A stretch of DNA of 64,000 nucleotides. It comes from Candidatus Rokuibacteriota bacterium (lineage in GTDB: Bacteria > Methylomirabilota > Methylomirabilia > Rokubacteriales > CSP1-6). Positions 9,188 to 16,739 of the stretch are shown here, piece after piece; within the stretch, counting starts at the first letter, position 1; every line of letters begins with the position of its first letter. Under the pieces are notes generated by a model. That model saw only the letters and a list, made by a program, of their open reading frames with translations. It was not told the origin of the DNA and made no database searches. Position numbers and translations under genes: made by a program. The stretch is from contig JBBDXN010000145.1 of NCBI GenBank assembly GCA_040902305.1, forward strand, positions 3,734-67,733, read 5' to 3'.

Positions 9188-11157
9188 TACTTGACCTTGG
9201 CGCCCGACGGCACGTCCTTGTCGACCGTGAGCAGCGACACCGTGCCGTCGTGCTCGGCGGCGAGCACCATCCCGTTCGATTCCACGCCCATCAAGGTGGC
9301 GGGCCGCAGATTGGCGACGATGACCACCTTCCGGCCGACCATGTCGCCGGGCTGGTAGTGCTCGGCCACCCCCGCCACCAGTGTGCGCGTCTCCTCCCCC
9401 ACCCGGATCGTGAGCTTGAGCAGCTTCCTGGATTTCGCGACTGCTTCGGCGGCCAGCACCTCCGCCACCCGCAGCTCCACCTTCTGGAAGTCGGCGATCG
9501 GGATCTTGCCGGCGGCCCCCTCACCCTGCCCTCTCCCCCGGGGGGGGAGGGTGGTCGGAGACTTCCCCTCTCCCCTCGTCTCTCTCTCCTTCGAGGCGCT
9601 CGACTCCCTCTTCCCTTTGGGGAGAGGGCCGGGGTGAGGGGCCTTCGTGTCGATCCGCGGAAACAGCCCGGAGATCTTGCTCACCCGCGGCACCGACGTG
9701 AGCCGTCCCACGACGGCGCCCTCGAGCGTGGGCGCCGCGCTCTGTCCAATCGCCTCCCGGATCTTCCGCGCCGCATCCGGCAGGAAGGGATCGAGCACGA
9801 TGCCCAGGAAGCCAAGCGAGTCTGCCAGTGTGCACAGCACCCGCTCGAGGCGCGGCCGCTTGCCGGGGTCCTTGGCGAGCGCCCACGGCGCGCTCGCGTC
9901 CACGTAGCGATTGACGCTGCCGATGAAGGACCAGATGCCGGCCAGCGCCTTCTGGAATGCGAACTCCGGCATGGCCTGCTCGACCGCGGCGCGCGCCGCG
10001 ACCGCGGCGGCCGCGATCTCGCGGTCCGCGGGCTCGGCCGGCGCGGTCACCTGCGCGACGGGGCCGGACGCGGCGATCAAGGTGGTGGCCCGGCTCGCGA
10101 GATTGCCGAGGTCGTTGGCCAGATCGGCGTTGAGCCGATCCACCAGCGCCTCCTCGCTGAAGCTGGCGTCGAGCCCGAAGCTCATCTCGCGGAGGAGAAA
10201 GTAGCGGAAGGCGTCGTGGCCGTACTTGTCGGTGAGCTGCAAGGCCTCCACCACGTTGCCGATGGACTTGGACATCTTGCTGCCGCCGAGGGACCAGTAG
10301 CCGTGGACGTGGAGCCCCTGGTAGAGCGGGATGCCCGCCGCCTTCAGCATGGTCGGCCAGTAGACCCCGTGCGGCTTCAGGATGTCCTTGGCGATCAGGT
10401 GCTCGACGTGCTCCCAGAGCCCGCGCGTCTTCTCGCCGCCGTCCGTCACCGCCGAGTAGTAGTTGAGCAGCGCGTCGAACCAGACGTAGGTCACGTACTT
10501 GTCGTCGAAGGGCAGCGGGATGCCCCACTCGAGGCGCGAGGTGGGCCGGCTGATCGACAGGTCTTGCAGGGGCTCGCGGAGGAAGCCCAGCACCTCGTTG
10601 CGGTACCGGTCCGGCTGGATGAACGCCGGGTGGTCCTCGAGGTGCTTGATCAGCCAGTCCTGGTACTTCGACATCTTGAAGAAGTAGTTCTTCTCCTTGA
10701 TGAAGGTGAGCGCGATCTGGTGATCGGGACACTTGCCGTCCACGATCTCCTTCTCGGTGTAGAAGCGCTCGCAGCCGTAGCAGTACCAGCCCCCGTACTC
10801 GCCGAAGTAGATCTCGCCCGCGTCGTACAGGCGCTGCAGGATGCCCTGCACCACCGCCTTGTGCCGCGGCTCGGTGGTGCGGATGAAGTCGTCGTTGGTG
10901 ATGCCCAGCCGTTGCCACGTCTCCCGGAAGATCGCCGCGATCTCGTCCGCGTAGGCCTGGGGGGACTTCCCGGCCTGGGCCGCCACCTGGGCGATCCGCT
11001 CCCCGTGCTCGTCGGTGCCGGTGAGGAAGTAGACGCGGTCGCCGGCCAGCCGGTGGTAGCGGCACATCGCGTCGGCCATGATGGTGGTGCACGCGTGCCC
11101 GAGGTGCGGGCGCGCGTTGACGTAGTAGATCGGGGTCGTGAGGTAGAAGGTGCTCAT
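9187..11157 (-). CDS. metG: methionine--tRNA ligase with C-terminal Trbp111/EMAP-like tRNA-binding domain
   Basis: ATG 11157 in track ORF 9187..11790: MSTFYLTTPIYYVNARPHLGH (HIGH), ...GSKMSKSIGN (KMSKS), C-terminal ...ADFQKVELRVAEVLAAE...VVIVANLRPATLMGVESNGMVLAA. Confidence 0.95.
   Translation of the reverse strand: MSTFYLTTPIYYVNARPHLGHACTTIMADAMCRYHRLAGDRVYFLTGTDEHGERIAQVAAQAGKSPQAYADEIAAIFRETWQRLGITNDDFIRTTEPRHKAVVQGILQRLYDAGEIYFGEYGGWYCYGCERFYTEKEIVDGKCPDHQIALTFIKEKNYFFKMSKYQDWLIKHLEDHPAFIQPDRYRNEVLGFLREPLQDLSISRPTSRLEWGIPLPFDDKYVTYVWFDALLNYYSAVTDGGEKTRGLWEHVEHLIAKDILKPHGVYWPTMLKAAGIPLYQGLHVHGYWSLGGSKMSKSIGNVVEALQLTDKYGHDAFRYFLLREMSFGLDASFSEEALVDRLNADLANDLGNLASRATTLIAASGPVAQVTAPAEPADREIAAAAVAARAAVEQAMPEFAFQKALAGIWSFIGSVNRYVDASAPWALAKDPGKRPRLERVLCTLADSLGFLGIVLDPFLPDAARKIREAIGQSAAPTLEGAVVGRLTSVPRVSKISGLFPRIDTKAPHPGPLPKGKRESSASKERETRGEGKSPTTLPPRGRGQGEGAAGKIPIADFQKVELRVAEVLAAEAVAKSRKLLKLTIRVGEETRTLVAGVAEHYQPGDMVGRKVVIVANLRPATLMGVESNGMVLAAEHDGTVSLLTVDKDVPSGAKVK
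9516..9641. repeat. 126-bp palindromic repeat element embedded in-frame in the metG linker
   Basis: Terminal inverted repeats CCCCTCACCCTGCCCTCTCCCC (9516-9538) and GGGGAGAGGGCCGGGGTGAGGGG (9619-9641). The same 22-mer occurs at 56882 and 61318, with a variant at 16740. Confidence 0.75.
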
Positions 11158-11174
11158 GTGCCGGCGCCGCGCGG

Positions 11175-12065
11175 TCAGGCCGGCTTGATGTGGTCGCGCC
11201 CTTCCCAGGTGAGCTGGTCGAGGGGGACTTCCGCCTCGGTCCCGTCCGGGAAGCCGACCACCACGGACTGCCGGAGCACGCGAATCGCCCGCACCTTGCC
11301 GGTCATGCACCCGCCTCCGCCGCAGGAGGCCGAGCACGCGGTGTTCACCCGCGGCAGCCGCGACCGCAGCTCCTCGTAGGTGGAGAACTCGTAGAGCAGA
11401 CAGCACTTCAGCCGCCCACAGTTGCCGAGGAGCCGGCTGTCGGTGAGCGGCATGTCCTGCGCCTTCGCCATCTTCACCGAGATCGGATCGAACTTGCGCA
11501 GGTGCGAGGAGCAGCAGAGCTGGCGGCCGCACGGGCCGATGCCGTCCAGCAGCTTGGTGGTGTCCCGCGCCCCGATCTGGCGCATCTCGATCCGCGCGTG
11601 GAACTCGCGGGCCAGGTCGCGGACGAGGTCGCGGAAGTCCACCCGCTCCTCCGAGTTGAAGAAGACGGTGACGCGCCGGCGCGAGGCCTCGATCTCCACG
11701 TCCACGATCTTCAGGGTGAGCCCGCGCCCGCGGGCCAGCCGCTGGCAGGTCTCCACGCCCCGCACCTCGCGCGCGCGCCGATCGCGCCACTCCGCCGCCT
11801 CCGCGGTGGTGGCGGCCCGGACGACCCGACGGTAGACCCGGTCGCGCTTGAAGGACGGCAGCGGGCGCTTGGGCCGCCGCACCTCGCCCACCGCGGTGCC
11901 CCCGCCCATGTCCACCACCACGAGGTCGCCGACGTGAAGGTCGGTCTCGGTGGTCAGGTGGTCCTCGGCCAGGAGCGGCTCGCGCAGCCGCACCCCGATG
12001 AGGTACTGGGGCGTCTCCTCGGCCGCGGAGGCGGCGGTCGCGGCGGGCTCGAGCGGCTCGCTCAT
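11175..12065 (-). CDS. ricT: PSP1-domain protein (YaaT/RicT family)
   Basis: ATG 12065 in track ORF 11175..12293: ...RVDFRDLVRDLAREFHARIEMRQIGARD...GPCGRQLCCSSHL...GNCGRLKCCLLYE. Conserved position after holB. Confidence 0.85.
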   Translation of the reverse strand: MSEPLEPAATAASAAEETPQYLIGVRLREPLLAEDHLTTETDLHVGDLVVVDMGGGTAVGEVRRPKRPLPSFKRDRVYRRVVRAATTAEAAEWRDRRAREVRGVETCQRLARGRGLTLKIVDVEIEASRRRVTVFFNSEERVDFRDLVRDLAREFHARIEMRQIGARDTTKLLDGIGPCGRQLCCSSHLRKFDPISVKMAKAQDMPLTDSRLLGNCGRLKCCLLYEFSTYEELRSRLPRVNTACSASCGGGGCMTGKVRAIRVLRQSVVVGFPDGTEAEVPLDQLTWEGRDHIKPA

Positions 12066-12067
12066 GA

Positions 12068-12958
12068 TCAGGCCGCCTTCCCGGTGAGGCGGCCCAGCAG
12101 CACCTCGACGCTGAGCCGGGGCGACACGCTGCCCTGCAGGGCGAGCCAGGCCTCGCGGCAGTCGCGGAGCGCGCTCAGCACCTGGTCGAGCGACCGCCCG
12201 CCGCCGGCCCCGGCCGACGCCTCGCCGAACAGGGCCAGGCGCGGAGCGCCGCCGGCCAGCCCGCAGAGGAGATCGCGGTGCCAGAGCCAGCACGCCTCGA
12301 CGAAGGTCTCCGCCGCCTGACGGTCCCGGCCGACCTGGTCGCCGAGCCGCAGGATGGCCTCGGCCCCCTGCTCCCGCGCCTCGGTCAGGAGGCGCAGGCT
12401 GCCGGCATGAGCCTCACTCCGGACATCCGGAAGCAGCGCGGGCACGCCCTCCACCAGCCGCGGACGGAAGCGCACCACCTGACAGCGGGAGAGCACGGTG
12501 GCGGGCAGGACCCGAAGCTGGGAGAGGATCAGGATGATCACGGTCCGGGCGGGCGGCTCCTCCAGCGTCTTCAGCAGCGCCTGCGGCGTCGAGACCGTCA
12601 TCTTTTCCGCCTCGTCCACGATGAAGACCTTCCACGCGGCCTCCGCGGGCTTGAGCGCGGCCAGCCGCTCCATCTCTCGAACCGTCTCGATGCGGAGGGC
12701 CGGGGCGCCCTTGGGATTGCTCGGGGGCGGCGTCGGCCCCAGCAGGTGCACGTCGGGATGGCTACCGCGATCGACGCGGGCCGCCGCGGGGCCGCCCTGC
12801 GGCGCGACCAGCGCGGAGGCGAAGGCCAGCGCGGTCGCTTTCCGGCCCGACGCCGCCGGGCGCACTAAGGCCCTGGCGTGGGCCACGCGCCCGGTGGAGA
12901 GCGCGCGGCGCAGCAGCGTCACCGCCTCGGCCTGGTCGCGGATCGCGTCAAGCGCCAC
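12068..12958 (-). CDS. holB: DNA polymerase III subunit delta' (clamp-loader AAA+)
   Basis: GTG 12958 in track ORF 12068..13021: ...KVFIVDEAEKMTVSTPQALLKTLEEPPARTVIILI...LPATVLSRCQVVRFRP. Degenerate P-loop, as is common for delta'. Start uncertain. Confidence 0.75.
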   Translation of the reverse strand: MALDAIRDQAEAVTLLRRALSTGRVAHARALVRPAASGRKATALAFASALVAPQGGPAAARVDRGSHPDVHLLGPTPPPSNPKGAPALRIETVREMERLAALKPAEAAWKVFIVDEAEKMTVSTPQALLKTLEEPPARTVIILILSQLRVLPATVLSRCQVVRFRPRLVEGVPALLPDVRSEAHAGSLRLLTEAREQGAEAILRLGDQVGRDRQAAETFVEACWLWHRDLLCGLAGGAPRLALFGEASAGAGGGRSLDQVLSALRDCREAWLALQGSVSPRLSVEVLLGRLTGKAA

Positions 12959-13586
12959 GGGCGTCTCCCCGCCGCGCCAGCAGCTCGTCCACCGCGCGGA
13001 CCACGTCGGCGTGCAGCGCATCCGGCTCGCGGTCGGCGTCGAGCACGACCACGCGATTCTTGTCGCCGCGCGCGATCTCGAGATAGCCCTCCCGCACCCG
13101 GCGATGGAACGCGAGGCCCATCTTCTCGAACGCGTCGAGGGCGCGGCCCCGGATGCGCCGCATGCCGGCGTCCGGATCGAGATCGAGCACCAGGGTGAGA
13201 TCCGGCAGGACTCCGCCGGTGGCCAGCATGTTCAGCTCGCGAATCGTCTGGACGTCCATGCCCTGCCCGTAGCCCTGGTAGGCGACCGTGGCGTCCGCGT
13301 AGCGATCGGAGATCACCACCGCGCCCCGCGCCAGCGCCGGCGCCACCACCCGCATCACGTGCTCCTGGCGGGCGGCCATGAAGAGGAAGGTCTGGGTGAG
13401 CGGCGTCGGCGTGGGGCCGGCGGCCTCGAACAGCGCGCGCACCCGCAGGCCCAGCGGGGTGCCGTCGGGCTCGCTGGTCCGCACGACCTCGTGGCCGCGC
13501 CCGCTCAGGTGCTGCGCCAGCCGCGCGCACTGGGTGGATTTTCCGGACCCCTCGACGCCCTCGACCGTGATCAGCACCGCTGGCAT
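12948..13586 (-). CDS. tmk: dTMP (thymidylate) kinase
   Basis: Track ORF of 212 aa: LITVEGVEGSGKSTQ...SDRYADATVAYQGYG... Confidence 0.9.
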   Translation of the reverse strand: MPAVLITVEGVEGSGKSTQCARLAQHLSGRGHEVVRTSEPDGTPLGLRVRALFEAAGPTPTPLTQTFLFMAARQEHVMRVVAPALARGAVVISDRYADATVAYQGYGQGMDVQTIRELNMLATGGVLPDLTLVLDLDPDAGMRRIRGRALDAFEKMGLAFHRRVREGYLEIARGDKNRVVVLDADREPDALHADVVRAVDELLARRGDARGA

Positions 13587-13592
13587 GGGCGT

Positions 13593-13601
13593 ACTCTAAC
13601 A
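13593..13601 (-). promoter_or_regulatory. extended -10 box (TGT-TAGAGT) 6 nt upstream of the tmk ATG; candidate leaderless promoter
   Basis: Minus strand reads ...cacTGTTAGAGTacgcccATG, with no SD between the box and the ATG. Confidence 0.35.
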
Positions 13602-13897
13602 CAGTGATTTGGCGGGGCGCCCATCGCCACGACCCTGCCTACTTCTGGGTAATTCCTTCCACAGTCCGTGCCCCATCGTTCTTGACGCGAAGCAGCGAAC
13701 CGAGCGAGAAACGCCGGACTAGCCGGGTTTGGCCGGGAAATCCGAATGGCGCGGCTCTTGCTGTTCTTGTGGAACGCCCGAGGCGGAGCGCGGGTTGAAG
13801 AGGCGTGGAGTCCTCGCCACACACCGGTTCTGCGCGAGGATCACCCGCCTCCGCCTCCGGGTCCATCTCGGACGTCACGCGATCGAGAGAGGAGAGC

Positions 13898-14284
13898 ATG
13901 AAGAACGTCGCACTGACGCTACAGAGTCAGGAGATGCGCGGCCGTGGTCTTGGCTGGCGGGCCGAGCGCTGCACCGACCCGCCGAGCTGCGAGCTGCATC
14001 TCTGCATCCCGGACGAGCAGGGCGCCTGCTGGCACCCCGCGGACCCGCTCGCTTTCGCGCGGTGGCGGATCCGCGCCGATCTCGACGCCATCCCCGCCCA
14101 CGTGATGGTCAAGGTGAGCCGCAGCCGGGAAGTGATCCGGCGCGGCGTGGTCCTGGGCGCCCTCGGCGTGGGCGGCACCGCGGCGGTGCTGGGCGGCATG
14201 TGGTGGGGCCGTCAGAGGATCTTCTCCATGAAGACGCTGAGCGGGTCCGGCTCGTACTCGCCGAACGCGTCCCGCTCCGCGTAG
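13898..14284 (+). CDS. hypothetical small protein with C-terminal TM segment
   Basis: ATG 13898 preceded by GAGAGGAGAG, in the frame of track ORF 13805..14284: MKNVALTLQSQEMRG...VVLGALGVGGTAAVLGGMWWG. Its 3' end overlaps the convergent GNAT gene by about 70 nt, and no homology was recognised. Confidence 0.3.
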   Translation: MKNVALTLQSQEMRGRGLGWRAERCTDPPSCELHLCIPDEQGACWHPADPLAFARWRIRADLDAIPAHVMVKVSRSREVIRRGVVLGALGVGGTAAVLGGMWWGRQRIFSMKTLSGSGSYSPNASRSA

Positions 14285-14670
14285 CCCGCGGTCCGATACA
14301 GCCCGAGCGCCTCCGGCTGATGAATGCCGGTCTCGAGGCGCAGGTAGCCGAGTCGCGCCTGCCGCGCCTCCTCCTCGATCCGGTCGAGGAGGAGGCGGCC
14401 GAGCTTGAGCCCCCGGGCCTCCGGGCGCACGAACATCCGCTTCAGCTCGCCGTACCCCGCCGCGTCGATCCGGAGCGCGGCGCAGCCCAGCGCAACCCCG
14501 TTCCGGCGCGCCACGAAGAACCGGACGTCGGGCGCGGAGAGCGCCTCCACGTCCAGGAAGTGGTTGCTCTCGGCCGGATAGAGCGCGCTCTGGTAGGCGT
14601 CGAGCGCCTCGAGCAGGCGCTCCACGTCGGCCTGGCGCGGCGACTCGATCTCGAGCGTGATCGGGCTCAT
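14212..14670 (-). CDS. GNAT-family N-acetyltransferase
   Basis: ATG 14670 (ATGA overlap with the upstream stop) in track ORF 14212..14796: ...FFVARRNGVALGCAALR...ELKRMFVRPEARGLKLGRLLLDRIEEEAR (acetyl-CoA motif A). Confidence 0.85.
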   Translation of the reverse strand: MSPITLEIESPRQADVERLLEALDAYQSALYPAESNHFLDVEALSAPDVRFFVARRNGVALGCAALRIDAAGYGELKRMFVRPEARGLKLGRLLLDRIEEEARQARLGYLRLETGIHQPEALGLYRTAGYAERDAFGEYEPDPLSVFMEKIL

Positions 14671-15503
14671 CCCCGGAGCCGCCGCTGCGCGCGCCGCGCC
14701 ACCGCCCAGTAGCGGAGCGCCGGCGGCACGAGCGGCAGGCCGCCCCTCGCCGCGGTGGCCATGATGCGCAGCAGGCGCTCGCGCCGACCGTCCCACCGCA
14801 GACCATAGGCGGCGCGAATCGCGGGCGGCAAGAGCCCGACCGCCGGCAGCGCGGCCAGCCAGACCGCGGGGCCGACCCCGCGGGGGACGGGGGGCGCGAT
14901 GATGTCGCGCGAGAGGCGCCGGGCCGTGTCGGTGACCTCGATCGCCCCGGAGGCCAGCATCGCGGCCAGGTAGTCGCGGAGCTCGGTTTCCGTCCGGGGC
15001 AGCCGTCCCGGCGGGATCCCCAGCGCGCGCTCGATGCCACTCGCCTCGGCGCAGTACCGATCGGCCTCCGCCGGCGTCACCGGCCGCACGAAGAGGCGGT
15101 AGGTCAGCAGGAACGACTCGATCAGGGTGGCGTGCACCCAGGTGAGCAGCTCCGGGTCGTGGGCGCTGTAGGAGGCGCCGGCGGCCGCGCCGCCCGCGGG
15201 CTCATCGAGCCGCCCGTGGACGCGGTCGTGGATGGCATTGATCCGCGCGACGGCGCTCGCCGATGCCTCCTCGGATTCGAAGGTCAGCGCGAGCATGGTG
15301 TGGAGCGTCCGGCGCAGGCGCCGCAGGCGCCCCCACGGCTCGGTGGCGAACCCGCTGTGCTCGGCCACCCCGCGCGCCACCTTCGGATGGGCGAGCTGGA
15401 GCAGGATGGCCCGGCCCCAGCCGGCCAGGAGGACTCGCTCCCGATGTATCCTCCAGGCCATGCCGTCGGCGACGAAGGGCTCGGCTGCCAGCCGGGCGCG
15501 CAT
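14667..15503 (-). CDS. DUF2236 / MpaB-family oxygenase-like protein
   Basis: ATG 15503 in track ORF 14667..16157: ...MAWRIHRERVLLAGWGRAILLQLAHPKVARGV...INAIHDRVHG... Confidence 0.75.
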   Translation of the reverse strand: MRARLAAEPFVADGMAWRIHRERVLLAGWGRAILLQLAHPKVARGVAEHSGFATEPWGRLRRLRRTLHTMLALTFESEEASASAVARINAIHDRVHGRLDEPAGGAAAGASYSAHDPELLTWVHATLIESFLLTYRLFVRPVTPAEADRYCAEASGIERALGIPPGRLPRTETELRDYLAAMLASGAIEVTDTARRLSRDIIAPPVPRGVGPAVWLAALPAVGLLPPAIRAAYGLRWDGRRERLLRIMATAARGGLPLVPPALRYWAVARRAQRRLRG

Positions 15504-15590
15504 GGGGACATTATGCGCGCGGCCCGGAAACTTCGGGAGCCCGTCGACCGTTGTGTGGGCGTCACCCCTCATTCTCGAAAGGAGAGCGCC

Positions 15591-16151
15591 ATGCGTCGAG
15601 CCACCCCGCTCCTGGTCGCAGCCCTGCTGCTGACCGGCCTGATCGCTTCCGGCCTGCCGTGGGCCGGGCCGGTCGCCGCCCTCGAAGTCGGCCAGAAAGC
15701 GCCCGACTTCACCCTTCCCGGCCCGGGCGGCAAGCCGGTGAAGTTGTCCGACCTGACCCCCAAGGGCCCCGTCGTCGTCTTCACCTTCATCCAGGCGTTC
15801 ACGAATACCTGAACCAAGGAGCTCCTCGGCTTCGAGGAGAGCCTGCCCAAGTTCCAGGCCGCCGGCGCCCAGGTCGTCGGCGTGAGCGCCGACCATGCGG
15901 CGACGCTGGACGCCTTCACCAAGCAGTTCAAGATCAGCTACCCCCTGCTGTCCGATTTCCGGCGCACGATGCTGCCCGGGTACGACGCGCTGGTCACCGA
16001 CGAGAAGAGCCCGATCTTCCGCTACGCCAAGCGCGCCTACTACGTCATCGACAAGACCGGCGTGGTCCGGTACATGAAGATCCAGGACAATGCCCTCGAC
16101 CTGCTGGATCCCGCCGACGTGCTGAAGGCCCTCAAGGAGTCGGGCGCGTGA
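15591..16151 (+). CDS. exported peroxiredoxin (AhpC/TSA, BCP-like) with predicted selenocysteine at codon 74 (TGA 15810-15812 read through)
   Basis: ATG 15591 after AAAGGAGAG. Track ORFs 15132..15812 and 15882..16151 share a frame. The joined product reads ...FTFIQAFTNT-U-TKELLGFEESLPKFQAAGAQVVGVSADH...ISYPLLSDF, with the TGA at the peroxidatic Cys position. Signal peptide MRRATPLLVAALLLTGLIASG. Confidence 0.8.
15821..15842 (+). promoter_or_regulatory. SECIS-like hairpin downstream of UGA 15810
   Basis: GCUCCUCG-GCUU-CGAGGAG(A)GC, a 7-bp core stem. The apical loop starts with G, 17 nt after the UGA. Confidence 0.5.
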
Positions 16152-16705
16152 GCGCATCCCGGCTGGCCGCAGCCGGGGTGATCACGGCGGCGCTCTGGGC
16201 CGGGGTCACGGCGGCGCAGCCCGCCGCCGCGCCCCCGGCCTGGGAAAAGCTGGGCGTGCAGGCCTACGAATCGCCCAAGCCCGCGCCCGCCTTCGCGCTG
16301 CCCGCGCTCGACGGCCGCACCGTGCGGCTGGAGGACCAGAAGGGCAAGGCCCTGCTGCTGTTCTTCTGGGCCACCTGGTGAACGACCTGCCGGGAGGAGT
16401 TGCCTTCCGTCAACCGGCTGTACGAGGAGTTCAAGGGACAGGGGCTCCAGGTGCTGCTGATCAGCTTCCGCGAGAGCAGGGAGGTCGTGCAGCGCGCGGT
16501 GACCGCGCGCGGCTATACCGCGCCCGTGCTGCTCGACACCTCCGGCGATCTCACCGGCCGGGTCTACGGCGTCTTCGGGCCGCCCACCGCGTATCTGGTG
16601 GACCGCGAGGGGCGCCTGATCGGCCGGATGATCGGCGGCCGGGAGTGGAGCGGCGCCGCCGCGCGCGATCTCATCCGCGACTTCGTCGCGCCCCGCCCGC
16701 GATGA
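16148..16705 (+). CDS. exported TlpA/ResA-like thioredoxin-fold protein with predicted selenocysteine (U-T-T-C motif; TGA 16379-16381 read through)
   Basis: GTG 16148 (GTGA overlap with the peroxiredoxin stop). The tail of track ORF 15263..16381 and ORF 16400..16705 share a frame. The joined product reads ...KGKALLLFFWATW-U-TTCREELPSVNRLYEEF...GPPTAYLVDREGRLIG. Confidence 0.8.
16391..16409 (+). promoter_or_regulatory. SECIS-like hairpin downstream of UGA 16379
   Basis: C-GGGAGG-AGUUG-CCUUCC-G (one G-U pair). The apical loop begins 17 nt after the UGA, with G at loop position 2. Confidence 0.45.
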
Positions 16706-16739
16706 CGCGTCGGTCCTAGCAGGTTCCAGCCGGGCGCTA

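Noticed and set aside
12068-12958. Degenerate Walker A (RPAASGRKA) in holB as a sign of a pseudogene
   Set aside because: Delta' subunits commonly lack a functional P-loop. The remaining motifs (DEAEKM, TLEEPP, SRC) are intact and the frame is open.
13602-13897. About 300 bp lower-GC non-coding region between tmk and the hypothetical gene; considered as an ncRNA or riboswitch locus
   Set aside because: I looked for SRP RNA, 6S, tmRNA, RNase P, tRNA-like and common riboswitch cores by eye and recognised none. It is probably just a divergent promoter region. It remains unexplained rather than supported.
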